A stretch of 64,000 nucleotides of DNA from Vairimorpha necatrix. Lineage: Eukaryota. The stretch covers positions 744,001 through 808,000 of the forward strand of contig CP142736.1 of NCBI GenBank assembly GCA_036630325.1, in the 5' to 3' direction. A program made the translations under genes and the position numbers. The notes beneath the pieces were generated by a model. That model worked only from the letters and a program-made list of their open reading frames with translations. It had not been told where the DNA came from and searched no databases. Below, piece after piece: positions 35,450-47,927 of the stretch; the first letter of the stretch is position 1, and every line of letters starts with the position of its first letter.

Positions 35450-38400
35450 GACTTTTACAATGATCTCTACAATACTATTCATGAAGAAACATTTACATTT
35501 CAAGTTAAAAAAAGACCATAATACCCTAAGAAATATTTTTCTATCTTTTTAATGTTCAATTTTTTAAGCTTATTACACAAAATACAATTAAATCTTTCTG
35601 ATGTTAACTCAATATAGAAATACTTTTTTTCCGATGAAATAAGTTTTAGATTTATTATACCAACAACTTAAAAATTTAATCTAAATTATATAAGATGTTT
35701 CAAATAATCGCTTAAAACAATAATTTATTATGTACGTTTTTATTATCCGTTAAATCGATTCCCCTTTTAAATAAAAAAAAATTCAAATAAACAAAAATAG
35801 TGCCATTTCGATGTTTCTAATACAAGAAAAAAATAATTAATTATAAAAACATGATCTAAAACGAAAATCCGTAAATCATGGCCGAATAATTTTCCATGAA
35901 AAGCATATGATAGTAGGTATAATCATTTAAGACTTATAAAATATGACTCATTTAAAATTGTAGAATGTTAACATCGTGTTCTAATCTATATGTTTGGTTT
36001 ATTTAAACTTGATTAAATTGCAGAATTGACCTCAAATTCCTCATTTAAACGCAAATATATATAAAATATGGTTCTTATTCAGTTTAAAGTATAATATGTA
36101 CTCGAGAAGAACCTATACTTTTAGATCTTTTTGTGTAGGTTTTAATTATATCCCACCTCTTTACGGCTTTGTTAGTTATAATTATAAAAGTCGCATTGTA
36201 AATAGTAAATTTGTATCCAAATGTAAATTTAAATGATGTATAGGTTATAATTAATGGCGCATACCACCATTAAAATCTATTTTTAGCATATTAACAATAA
36301 ACATCATGTTTTTAACGACACGATTATTTTCTGTAAATTTTTAAAAAGTATAATTTATTTATTGATTCAAAAATTGTTTGTATTAAATTATATTTCGATA
36401 GATATTGTTTCATTTCAAAGCCAAAAGAAAGACTTATTATTATTTTTATTATATTATTTGTAATTTTTAGCGTTTCCCGTTGTAGTTAATAAATTAATTT
36501 CCTGTTTTTATTGTTGAAAAAATTATCAAAAAGAGAAAACGTTAATACTATTTCTATTTATGTAAAATATAGAACTATTTTTAACCAGTTATGAAGTTAC
36601 ACAACATATCCAAATAATGGTTTCCAAAATAAAACTATTATAATTAGTATTAGACTTTATTTATATTCATTGTAGAAAACGTTTGATTCCCTTTTGATAC
36701 ATTACAGAAGGCTACTTCCTAAAAGAAAGAGATTTCATTAAAGAGGAAAGGTCATATCGGAAGTACCAAACAGCAGCGCGGTATCAGTGTGCTGTTATTA
36801 AAAGCCTAAAGTTATAAAAACGCCTCTATAATAAAATTTTTTAAATCTAAACTATCATAATAAATCGCGTTAAACAATCTAATTCGATTTTTTCAGTTTT
36901 TTGCGCTATTTATATTGAAAATTAAGTACGTAGAAATATAATATTTGTTTATAAAAATTACCAGATGGGAAATCGACAATTTGAAATATAAATTATGTTA
37001 TGATATTGAATTGCAATGTAAAAAAGCTCAATTGAATAAATCGACCATAAAATTGCATTATCAATAATAACTTGCACGATTTAGTAGTAATTTGATAAGT
37101 TTTGTAAGATTGAAATTGCTTATTTTCTAACAATTGTGATAGATACTGCCAAAATACACACTTTATATTTTTTTTCAAACTAATAATTAATGACGCAATA
37201 TCTCACTTACGCAAAAATGAAATCAAAAAAATATGTTTGAACATAACATGTTCGAGTAATTTAAATAACATCAGAAAGATAATCTATTATGCTTATTATA
37301 TTGATCATACGTCTAAGTTTCGTTTTTTAACCTGACTGAAGAATTATATGAAGAATAAGTAGGAGAGTATTTTATATAGTATATTTTAAGGATTAAAAAA
37401 TAATAATGTAGTTTGTTTTATGATTCTTAATTCGCTTAATTTAAAATATCAATTTTTCATGCAAAAAGTCAAAAATTAAATGTTTACGGATTTGTATATT
37501 TAAATATAAATAGTTATTAATACAGAGATTATAAATAATATAAAATAATATGGTAAAAAAGAAGATCTAAAATAAACCCCGATAAAACTCGTAATCTACA
37601 TTTTAATTAAATACAATCTCCTATACAAAATTAGCTATAAACCCCGAAATTGGAAGATATATGTTATATCGCCTATTATCAAACGCTTGATAATTTTATA
37701 CTATTTATACACAGTTATTTGGATCTTATTTATTCGATCGTCAAAGAGTCTGTCTTATATTATATTTGATCTTTTCCTTAATTAAATTAATAACACAATA
37801 TCCGACTGTAAATGATTGTATAATTGTTAAGTCATAATTTCGACACTTTCTACTATATTTATTAGAAAGAACTGATAAAACGAGAACATTAAGCATAAAT
37901 ATATGAAAAAGAACTAATATGTTTTTAGAAAATAGATAGATTTGAGGAAGGCTAGTGTCAACAGTATACTTGCTATGGAGGCGATATTAGAAATAGAATT
38001 TACAAGGTGCGTAAGTTAATTAAAATAGATAGCCAACAATATAAAAATGCTATGTTTAAACAATATGAGACTAATACAACGAGAAAGAAAAAATGTATGC
38101 AATATAAAATTATCAGCAAAAGAAAACCTAATTTGACGAAAGTGTTATTTTTATGAATAACCTGCCGTAAAAGGACTTGATAATAATTTTATATTTTATA
38201 AAGTTTTGTTTGTTTAGATTATCAAGTTCCACGTGATTTTTTTAGAATTTTGCAATATTTGAATATAAAAAAAAAACATTTCTTCTTGTCATCATATGTA
38301 TGAAAGAATTTTATTTTACTAAAACATGAGTGTTTTATTATTAATTATGGTATCATTATGTTTTCTATATAAAAGGTATAATTTAAGGTATAAACTATAA

Positions 38401-38827
38401 TTTGTAAATAAATGTTAGCATTATAGCAAATATTCAATATACTGAATATATATACGTCATATAATTAAATCAGTTTAATAATCGTATAATTAGCTTAATA
38501 ATGTATCAAAAAGCTAAAATTATAAATAATTTTATCATATATCTTTTAAACACATAAACAAGATACTTTATCATAATATTAAATTTGAAACTTCTACAAT
38601 TGGATTAAATCTTATGAAAAATAAGATAGTTTATAAAAATATATGGTTTAGTGGAATTAAATCTAAAATTAACCAATTTATAAGCATTTTTAACTAACCT
38701 CGTAGAATTATATTGAAAGATTTTGAATTATTAATTTGCAAAATTTTCATTAAAATATAAAATATTGTTGACTCATTATATTAATTCAAAAATATAACTT
38801 ATTTAATTGTTTTATAGAATGCCCCAT

Positions 38828-39727
38828 ATGTTTTTCGCTAATTTTCTTTACTCGATGATTTTAATACTTTCTGCGATATTTTGTTCTGACTATAATTGTA
38901 CTTTGCAAATTGGTTCAGCTGTTGTTCATAATAGTCCGAATATACAAATATCGGATTTTATGTTTTATAGAACACCAAATGATATTCAAGATTTTGAAGA
39001 CTTACAACAAAATTTAGATACATTAAAACCAGAAGAATTAGATAGGCTTTATAATGTTATAGACGAACATTTAATAAATAAAAATGATGATCATTATTTG
39101 CTCCTAAAAGAGTTAAACAATTCTTTAGATAACTTCGATAAGATTTGTGAAGTAAAACAGAAGCTATTAAACATATCTAAAGAATCGTATGAAAAATTGG
39201 AAATTGGTGAAGATGTTTTAGATCAGATTAACTTAAACAGAAGAAAAATTTATGAAAAGTGTTATGCATTAAAACGTAATGGTAAAAAATACACTGAAAT
39301 AATCAAAAGCTTTATAAATAATTCAAGACTTTCGTCAAATAAGATTGATTTTTATGTATTCATTTTCGATTTTATAGAAGAATTTTTTGATTTTGTATCT
39401 GATAATAAACATAAATGTCATGTTAAATTACATTATCATTATTTTATTAATCATTATCAGACATATGAACATTTTATTAGAATGTTTATTAACAATATTC
39501 AAATCCCATTAATATTATTTCACACAGAAAAATGTATACTTGGAGAAACAAAAATAGATAAAAAAGATATCGAAGAGATAGTAATTTATATAAGTTATTT
39601 AAAATTTAATATTTCGAAATTTTATAATAATGCAGATAAAATTTTAGCGAATATACAAAAAATTTTGAGTTTAACCAAAGAAAGTTTGAAAAAAAGTAAT
39701 TTAAGTTTTGAACTAATAAATGTATAA
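38828..39727 (+). CDS. Lineage-specific secreted protein, family B member 2
   Basis: CCCCAT-ATG at 38828; hydrophobic N-terminus; paralog of 33303-34178. Confidence 0.85.
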   Translation: MFFANFLYSMILILSAIFCSDYNCTLQIGSAVVHNSPNIQISDFMFYRTPNDIQDFEDLQQNLDTLKPEELDRLYNVIDEHLINKNDDHYLLLKELNNSLDNFDKICEVKQKLLNISKESYEKLEIGEDVLDQINLNRRKIYEKCYALKRNGKKYTEIIKSFINNSRLSSNKIDFYVFIFDFIEEFFDFVSDNKHKCHVKLHYHYFINHYQTYEHFIRMFINNIQIPLILFHTEKCILGETKIDKKDIEEIVIYISYLKFNISKFYNNADKILANIQKILSLTKESLKKSNLSFELINV

Positions 39728-41057
39728 TAAAAAAAATCTATATACAAAAAAATACACAAACTATATATCAAAAATACTATAAATTTAAATACTTCGACCA
39801 CACACCAAATAAAACAATTGCGCAAAATTTACTCTAATTTGTAACATAACGCCTGGTAACACATGTGAGTGGATCAATGGCCCAGAACACAATAAATGTT
39901 GTTAAAAGAATGTATAGCTATAATATTATGAAAAATTTAAAACAGCGTGAGATATGTATAAAATCTGTCTATAATAAATAATGTTTATATTAAAAATACC
40001 TCAAAAACTCATAAAATTTCTGCAAGTAATAAAAAAAAGACAAATTTATATTAATAAAATTTTTTGTAGTGCAAATTACGGCTAAAACATTAGAACTTAT
40101 GCATAATTTAACAATAAGACAACTCTTAAGTAATTGCATGGTATTGTATTGTTTACATATCACATAGATTATGTACAGGGGATATGATTCTTCCAAACCA
40201 AGAAAAAAATTAGATGAAAAGACGCACATGTAGGTATTTTGACAAGAGGCAGGAGTCTTAGAAATAGTTTTGGGATTGCCGAAACAATATAAATTTCAAA
40301 GGAATGTAAATTCAACCACTGATCTAAATTGTTAACATTTATACATGGAATATTTTTTGTCGTAATGTTACTATTCATTTATAATAAATTGACAGAAATA
40401 TTTACTGCTTTTAGGTTTGATATAATTAGTATTCCGCTGTCTTCTTACTTAATCTGTGCTATTTTTATCGGCCGCGAGAAAGACTAAAAGAATCTAATAA
40501 ATTTTTTTCAAAAAGCAGAATTTTAGGAAAAACAAATACTGTAATATATTTTTTGCCGATATTGGGTTTCCAATTAGGTTTAAAGATGCACAATGCTTAA
40601 CTAAAATAAAAAATTTCATATAATCATATTGACGGATAAGGTTTGATATGTTGTAAAAAACACAGAATTTAACGAATCTATTTTTCAATCAAAAAATCGA
40701 GAATGTGCCTACAATTAAAACGTAACAATAATTTAATAGACCATTTTGATGGGCTATTAGCATATTAAATGCATTTTATATAAATGACCTCAAATCATAA
40801 TATATATAGTCTCGCGATAGGTTTACTGTATTATGTGGTGTTGATCTCATTGTTACATACTATTCTATTTCTTTCGTTTGTACTTTATTAGTACTGTTTA
40901 AAAAAACAGTTTGTTTGAATAATTAATGTCTTTTTATAGATAATCAGTTTTATAACCAAGTTACCGCTGTGAAATATTCTTTCATGTTCTTTAAATTTCT
41001 TAAAGTCTTTTACAAAATGGTTGAAATTCACACTCACTCATTTTTAACTACTATTAA

Positions 41058-41800
41058 ATTTCCTTGCAGTGTGAAGGAATAAAAAGGCAGTAGCAGATCA
41101 AATCGATAGGTTTCGGCTGGTTCCTTCCGACTAAAACTGTTAGATTCTTACTAACTCCACCTCTTTTCATTAAACTTGCCGCCCAATAAGCTCCGCCGTA
41201 TCCATTTGACTTTGGTCACAGAAAAAGCGCTAATCATCTTTATCAAATTGCCCAGGAATGATATAACTAGATATTATTCCTGGTCTGAATTGAATTCCCT
41301 TTAAGGTGATAGCATCGAACTAACACGGAAGGCCAATATTATCATCTGAAATTAACACGTGCCTTTTAGACGCCAACATGTCACTCTGCGTATTTTTATT
41401 GTGCAGACCATTTGCCTCCTACGAATTTAGACCGGCGTATTTCAAAGAATAGTCAAAACAACCTACAAGACCCTGATTTCAGATTATCAATTTAACTCAA
41501 ACGATCTCACCAGAGTGCTTTGGGCAAAGACTCTAAACCAATGATGCGCTTACGTAATTGGGAAAGATTAAAACCTTCTTAATTTCTGGGCCTTAGGTGT
41601 CTCTTTAAATGAGGCAACCTTGCCTGTAGCTGAGCGGGCACTTGTTTCACGAATCGACTTATAAAATTCCAAGGACAAATTTTCTCATTCGTGAAGGCCT
41701 ATACATCTTCCAATATTAATGTTGCTGCTCGTCGATAATTGAACCAGGGATTTTATGTATAAACACAATATTTCGATCACTAGGCTACGAACTCCATGTG
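41058..41800 (+). pseudogene. Decayed copy C of the unidentified multi-copy coding sequence
   Basis: ISLQCEGIKRQ*QIKSIGFGWFLPTKTVRFLLTPPLFIKLAAQ*APPYPFDFGHRKSANHLYQIAQE, then ALGVSLNEATL, RIDL and GLYIFQ. Confidence 0.6.
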
Positions 41801-42574
41801 ATTATAAACATTGGCTAAGTTCGTCAAATTCAGGAGTTGAATGATTTTTCTTACAAAAAACACAAGACCTAAAGATTGTAATTGGCTACTTCTTCAGATA
41901 AATAACATAAGAGTTTATTTTTGCACATATAAAATATTGTCAAATTTGAAATAGCACATCAATATTATTTCATATGTCAATAAAATAGTATTCATCCAAG
42001 GCAGATAACCTTCCGCCTAATTTATAGTGGGAGCCATGCGTCCAATCTAGGCATCTTCTATCTTAAGGCTATCTAAAAAAATAAACGTCAAGACATTTTC
42101 CACATCCATTTGATTACTCTTTAGATATTCAAAAAAAGAAAGAAGGCGTACTTGACTGCTGACATTTCTCATAGGAATTAGGTCTACCAGAAATTTCCAA
42201 ACTTTAAAAACATTTTAATTCTAGGAGATTTACTCAGAATACATTGACGAAATTAATAAAAATTTATTCACACTCTTATTTGTTAAAAGTTATAGTGAAA
42301 TTGTAAGATCAAAAACATTAGGCTATTAAAAAAACCTTATATATGATAAAAAAATACGAGAATGAGGGAAAGATTAAATATTTTAGTTTAAACCAAATAA
42401 CATTTTCGCTGAACTTTTTAAAAGATAACTAGGTCTAAATAAGAAAAAGATGTCGCTTCAGATTTAGTTATCAGAGATACAAGAAATGATGTTTAAATTC
42501 TTATATATAAAGTCAAAGAGCCAAATTATCATTTCATACTAGTTATAATTATTATACATGTTTTGTATTCTCAA

Positions 42575-42647
42575 GCTCTTGTAGTGTAGTGGTTATCACG
42601 CATCCTTTACACGGATGAGGTCTCCGGTTCGAACCCGGACAAGAGCA
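42575..42647 (+). tRNA. tRNA-Val (anticodon TAC)
   Basis: Acceptor stem GCTCTTG/CAAGAGC, D-loop AGTGGTTA, anticodon arm CATCC-TTTACAC-GGATG, T-arm TCCGG-TTCGAAC-CCGGA, downstream T-run terminator. Confidence 0.97.
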
Positions 42648-42773
42648 AATTTTTACTTTTAAAAATAAAAAGTAAAAAAAGGTCATTTAGTTATTTTAAA
42701 TGTACTAAAAAAACAATCCCATAAATTTATAGTTATAAATTCATAGTTTAAATTTTCTTGTAATTTAATTGTT

Positions 42774-43463
42774 TTATTTTTTTGTAAGAAGTATTAATTT
42801 TTCATTTTCAAGTCCATAACAAAGTCCATTAGTACCAAAATTAATATTACCATATTCAATATTATTAGAAATCTTCTGATATTTTTGAGAATCAAAAATG
42901 TGTAAAAATTTTTCACCTATAAAAATTTTATAATTTTCGAAAATTATATTGTTTTTAATTTTTTCATGTTCTAAATCATTATCTCTCATATATTTTATCT
43001 TGTTATCCAGTGTCGTGATTAGATTCTCTTTTATACCAAATTCATAATTTAAGATTTTCCCGTCTTGTTGACATATTCGCAATCTTTGATATTTGTCCAA
43101 AATATAAAATTTATCATTAAAAATATGTATATCCTTGATAGAACATAACGAACCAAAGATAAATATCAATTTGTCTTCTTCGAGTTTATAAACATCCCCG
43201 AAAACATCCAAAATAAAAATATTATTATTGTATTCGACTATTTTACTGACACGCTTTTTTAATTGGCAAATTTTTACTGGATTGTCTTCTATAATCTTAT
43301 ATAAATTTTTAAAATTGTCTACAAAGTATGTCTTGTACAAATATAAAACGTCTTGTTTAAAATTTTTTACTAGAATTAAATCATCAGAAAATATTAATAT
43401 TTCTCCTTCTTTATACATTATTATTCTTATATCTTCGTTTTTTTCTATAATTTGTTTATTCAT
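42774..43463 (-). CDS. Reduced WD40-like protein resembling Trm82/WDR4 (m7G46 methyltransferase subunit)
   Basis: ILDVFGDVY, FGSLCSIKDI and ILDKYQRLRI resemble the Trm82 motifs ADKFGDVY, LGHVSMLTDV and DRDEKIRV; CCC upstream. Confidence 0.6.
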   Translation of the reverse strand: MNKQIIEKNEDIRIIMYKEGEILIFSDDLILVKNFKQDVLYLYKTYFVDNFKNLYKIIEDNPVKICQLKKRVSKIVEYNNNIFILDVFGDVYKLEEDKLIFIFGSLCSIKDIHIFNDKFYILDKYQRLRICQQDGKILNYEFGIKENLITTLDNKIKYMRDNDLEHEKIKNNIIFENYKIFIGEKFLHIFDSQKYQKISNNIEYGNINFGTNGLCYGLENEKLILLTKK

Positions 43464-43475
43464 ATGTGGGCAAGA

Positions 43476-43670
43476 CTAGGTAGAAATAAAAAATTGATTT
43501 TTGAGAATATAAAATAGCGAAAAAATAAGAGCAAACAAAATACAGGCAATTAATAAAACCGCTTCTTCTTGTTGACTAGATTCATTTATAAACGGATTAA
43601 TAACTAAGATATAAAAAATATATAAATAACAAACAGTAGAAATAAACAAAACAAATCTCGAATTTATCAT
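43476..43670 (-). CDS. Small two-TM membrane protein (DPM2-like size and topology)
   Basis: CCCTAAA-ATG at 43670; two hydrophobic helices around INPF. The family call is weak. Confidence 0.55.
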   Translation of the reverse strand: MINSRFVLFISTVCYLYIFYILVINPFINESSQQEEAVLLIACILFALIFSLFYILKNQFFIST

Positions 43671-44635
43671 TTTAGGGTAAAAACCCAGTAAATGCAAATT
43701 ATATTTGTAGGCCAACTAAAAATTATAGAAAAATGGCCAATTGAAAATAATTATCAATTAATACAAATAGATTTAAAAATATAAAGAGGTATTTTTACAA
43801 AACACATATAATTTCATTAAATTTTATAAAATAAAAAGCGTATTTATGATTTTTAACTTGATCAGAAAGTTAGAACTAAATTTGTTCTATTTATCTGTGT
43901 CTATAAAAATATCTTACCCTCCATTTTTAATATTTTTTTACCCCTTAAAATTAAAAAAAATTACAAAATAAATTTTGTAATTAAAAATTTTATCAACGAC
44001 TTATAATTTGTTTTTTCATTTGTACATGTAGTAAAATACATTTTGCTTTGTTAGTTATTCACATAATTATGAATCTTCTTTTAAATTCTGACAATATATC
44101 ATTTAATAAAAATCAAATCGAATTTTTTAAATAATTAGTTCCACCAATTAAAAAAAATGTTTAAAAGATAATTTTCATGACTTATTACTGTATTTGATTA
44201 CTCAACAAAATACTTGACACATTTTACAAAACTATTGGTTTCTTGTCGTATCTCGCATTTAAAAGATATTATAAATATCTGATTGTAATTTAATAACACA
44301 AAAATACTTCAAAAACCTTGAAATATACATTTAAAGCTTGACACAGTGTTAGCTTGTTCAGATATATGTGAAAATTTATTAAATCAAGATTTTTCCAAAA
44401 ATTGATCTTTTAATATGGAATGTCACTTAAAAATAAATTTTGTTTAAAAGTTTTTTTTAAAATGTCTTATAAATCAATCTAATATATTATCTCATTATTT
44501 CTTAAAATGAAATTTTATAATTGAAACTAAAACATATGTTTATATGTTGTCAATAATATTATGTTTGTTTGTGTAACATTGACATTTTTTGTTGATAATT
44601 AATTGGATACTAAAACAATATTTTAATCCCATAAT

Positions 44636-46447
44636 ATGAATGCTGAAATCAAGTGCAAACCAAATTCCTTAGACTTAAAAGAGAAAATGATATTGTATAA
44701 AAACAATATAATTAACATTGTTTTGAATTGTTTTAAAAAAAAATTTCATATAAGAAAATTTGAAATAAAAATAATAGACATGTTAACATTCTGTATTTTG
44801 TTTTTACTACAAATAGAACATTCATATGCTCATAACAATGGGATATATCAAAGTTACGCAGTAAGTTCAGAACTTCCTATTGCATCTGAAATTGGTGTAA
44901 AAATCATGGAAAGAGGTGGAAATGCAGTGGACGCAGCAATAGGAATTTGTATCGCTATAGGTATCGAAAATGCATTTTCTTCTGGAATTGGAGGCGGTGG
45001 CTTTGCTTTAGTCAAAAAAAGAGGCGAAAGCGAGCCGGCTTATATGTTAGATTTTAGAGAAAAATCTGGTGAAAATTTCGTATTATCAGATTATATAAAA
45101 AATCCCGAAAAAACTTCTGTGGGCGGCGCTGCTGTCGCCATACCATCAGAAGTTAGAGGATTGAAACATTTACATGATAAAATGGGAAAACTTCCATGGT
45201 CAAAATTATTTACAGAATGTATAGAATTGTGTAAAAATTTTAGAGTTAGTAAAGAAATAAAAAAACGAATTGAACGTCATAAAGAATTTATCTTAAAAGA
45301 TCGTGGTCTTAGTGAAATATATTCTAGAAATGGTGTATTACTATCGGAAGGAGATTACATAGAAAGAAAAAATTATATGAAAACTTTGGAAATAATTAGT
45401 AAGGATCCAGAATCATTTTATGTCGGCGATCTTTCAAAGCACATGATAAAATCTATAAATTCTAATGGTGGAAATGTAACTGAAAGAGACTTTGAGAATG
45501 TTCAACCTGTCGAGAGAAAAGTAATTACAGAAAAATATAAAGATTACAATGTTTATACTACTTCTTTACCTTCGTCTGGTGCGCTCGTTATCAAAGCTTT
45601 AAAACTTTTAGAAAGGTATGATCTTGTCGAAATATACAAAACAAGTAAAAAAAATAATAAAGCACGTCACATACATTTACTGGTAGAAATATTGAAATTT
45701 GTCATGTCTCAACGAGGAATAATGGGAGATCCAAAATATTTACCAGCGTTTAATACGGTAACGGAAGATTTATTTGGTAAAACTAATCTCGATATCATTT
45801 TTAAAAAATTGAATACAGAAAAAACACTTAAATTTGAAGAATACAATGTTAACGAATTTAATGTAGTAGACCACGGGACGACACATATAAATGTGGTAGA
45901 TAAAGACGGCCTTGCTGTTGCATTAACGAGCACAATCAATTTAGAATGGGGTGCAAAGTTCATGGATCCGATAACGGGAATAATTTTCAATAATCAAATA
46001 GACGACTTTTATTTTCCAAAATCGTTCGATGAAAATTCGAGAGTTGCGAATATTGCAGGCCCAAACAAAATTCCTTTAAGCTCCATTGCTCCAGTTATAT
46101 TAGAGAATAAAGAAGAAATGATTCTATTAGGCGCAGCTGGTGGAATAAGAATTCCGACCTCTATTATTGAAGTGTTGTTCTGGTTATCATTGGACTTTGA
46201 TCTAAAACAAGCTATTGATAAGCCTCGATTGCATCATCAATTAGATCCAAATGTTCTTTATGTAGAATGGTCTGAAGATGCTAAAGTTCAAGAATATCTT
46301 AGAAGTTTAGGCCATAAAGTTGAAACTTCAAACACGAATTCGATTTTCACTTCTGTCCAAGGAATAAAAATTGATTATAAAAACAATAAAAAAAGAATCC
46401 ATGCAGTTTCAGATAAGCGTAAAGGTGGAATGACTGCGGGGAAATAA
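44636..46447 (+). CDS. GGT: Gamma-glutamyltranspeptidase
   Basis: GGNAVDAAI, SSGIGGGGF, DFRE, nucleophile segment HGTTHINVVD, TSTIN..WG, NNQIDDF, PLSS, PRLHHQL and SDKRKGG. Confidence 0.96.
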   Translation: MNAEIKCKPNSLDLKEKMILYKNNIINIVLNCFKKKFHIRKFEIKIIDMLTFCILFLLQIEHSYAHNNGIYQSYAVSSELPIASEIGVKIMERGGNAVDAAIGICIAIGIENAFSSGIGGGGFALVKKRGESEPAYMLDFREKSGENFVLSDYIKNPEKTSVGGAAVAIPSEVRGLKHLHDKMGKLPWSKLFTECIELCKNFRVSKEIKKRIERHKEFILKDRGLSEIYSRNGVLLSEGDYIERKNYMKTLEIISKDPESFYVGDLSKHMIKSINSNGGNVTERDFENVQPVERKVITEKYKDYNVYTTSLPSSGALVIKALKLLERYDLVEIYKTSKKNNKARHIHLLVEILKFVMSQRGIMGDPKYLPAFNTVTEDLFGKTNLDIIFKKLNTEKTLKFEEYNVNEFNVVDHGTTHINVVDKDGLAVALTSTINLEWGAKFMDPITGIIFNNQIDDFYFPKSFDENSRVANIAGPNKIPLSSIAPVILENKEEMILLGAAGGIRIPTSIIEVLFWLSLDFDLKQAIDKPRLHHQLDPNVLYVEWSEDAKVQEYLRSLGHKVETSNTNSIFTSVQGIKIDYKNNKKRIHAVSDKRKGGMTAGK

Positions 46448-46757
46448 TAATAAAATATTAAGACAAACATTCAAAAAATTTTAAAATTAGCTGTTTAAAA
46501 TTTTTTAATTTCTAAATAAGAATTTTTTAGTTAAAAATTAGCTGCTTGTTATTTTAAAATTTAAATATAAATTTTTTTTTGCAAATTTAATATTAAAAAA
46601 CAGACTTTTATCCATTTTAAAATAACGGCTTTTTTTCTTGCAAAAGTTTAACAAAAAATAATTAAACACAAATAAAAACTAAAAAAACAGTTTTTAAATT
46701 TTTTAAAATAGCTGCTTGTTATTTTATGAAATTTCTTTGTTTTTTTAGACCCCAAAA

Positions 46758-47057
46758 ATGTCCTTAACAAACAGCCAAAAAGTCGCAGTGATGAAACATT
46801 TTAAAAATAAGGGAAGTCTTTTGGTATATGATAGAAAATTAGAAAAAAATGAAATTTTAGATATTAATAATAAAAAATTGAGAAGCTACATTCAATCTCT
46901 TAAGGACCAAGGATATATTGAAGAACATTATGTTTGGCAACAATTGTACTGTTTTGCTACCGAATCTGGAATGAAATATTTTAATGACCAGTTAGAAATC
47001 CCTGATGTAATTGAGGAAGGAATAAGAATGGAGGCTGTACAACAGAAAGAAGAATAA
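46758..47057 (+). CDS. RPS10: 40S ribosomal protein eS10
   Basis: INN...[31 protein letters not shown] matches the S10/plectin domain; CCCC upstream. Confidence 0.85.
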
Positions 47058-47165
47058 ATTAACTTATTTTTAAAAAAAAAAATTTATTGCATGTGTCAAA
47101 ACTTTTGTTTTATTATGCACTTAGCTACTTAAACTTAAAAAAAACATTTTTTTAATAAAATTAAT

Positions 47166-47585
47166 TTATTCAGGAATGGCTTCTACCAATCTGGCCTTTT
47201 CATTTGTTACGTGAATTCCTAGTTCCTTGGCCCTGTTAACAATCGCAATTCTTTTTTTAGCTCCTACAGAGTGAGCAATTTCAGCGCAATAAGTTCTGTT
47301 TAAGCAAATAAGTGGCTCAAGATCATCGGCATTATGGATGATGAATTTTCTTAATCCATTAGGTAGCAAATATCTTACCACGTCTGGCTTCTTATACCCG
47401 ATCTTGGGCATTTTTCTCTGCCCGTGTAAGCCTTTTCTGACATTGGAGTCAATTCCTCTTGGTTTTCTCCAGGATGGTTTAACTCTATTGTATCTGTCTG
47501 AATGGTGTCTTACAAACTTAATCTTTTTTCTGAATTCTTCTTTGATAGCAATCAAAGGATTTGGTGCTGTAAACTGTTCTTCCAT
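47166..47585 (-). CDS. RPL32: 60S ribosomal protein eL32
   Basis: [28 protein letters not shown] and YCAEIAHSV. Start moved to ATG 47585 after CCCC. Confidence 0.97.
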
Positions 47586-47866
47586 TTTGGGGCAAAATAT
47601 TTTGAAAAAAATAAATTTCAAGCAAAACAAAGAATAAAAGTTAAGTAGATAATTGAAAATTAAAACATCTTAAAAAATTTTTATCTTAAAAGTAAAACAT
47701 TAAAAATGTCATTTGGACTATAAACTCAATGAATAACAACCCAAGTTTTCTAATAACAGTTTTACGTACAATATTTTATGTTTTCAGATGAACTAGATTA
47801 TATGATATTTATGCGCATGGTGTAAATTATTGAATTTGTTGGTATTTTACAAACAAATATTTTAAA

Positions 47867-47880
47867 AGAACGTTCCATGA
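47867..47880 (+). promoter_or_regulatory. AGAACGTTCCATGA upstream element, copy 2
   Basis: Identical to 9436-9449. Confidence 0.6.
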
Positions 47881-47927
47881 TCGTTTTCCAAAAAAAAAAT
47901 ATTTAAGGAAACGAAAGTTGCATAATT

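Noticed and set aside
42575-43463. tRNA-Val (with a GAGGT variable-loop motif) next to the Trm82-like gene as a functional cluster
   Set aside because: Probably coincidence in a compact genome, and the Trm82 call is itself only moderate.
46758-47585. Short spliceosomal introns after the ATG of ribosomal protein genes
   Set aside because: eS10, eL32 and uL13 read through from CCC-ATG without a GTAAGT donor.
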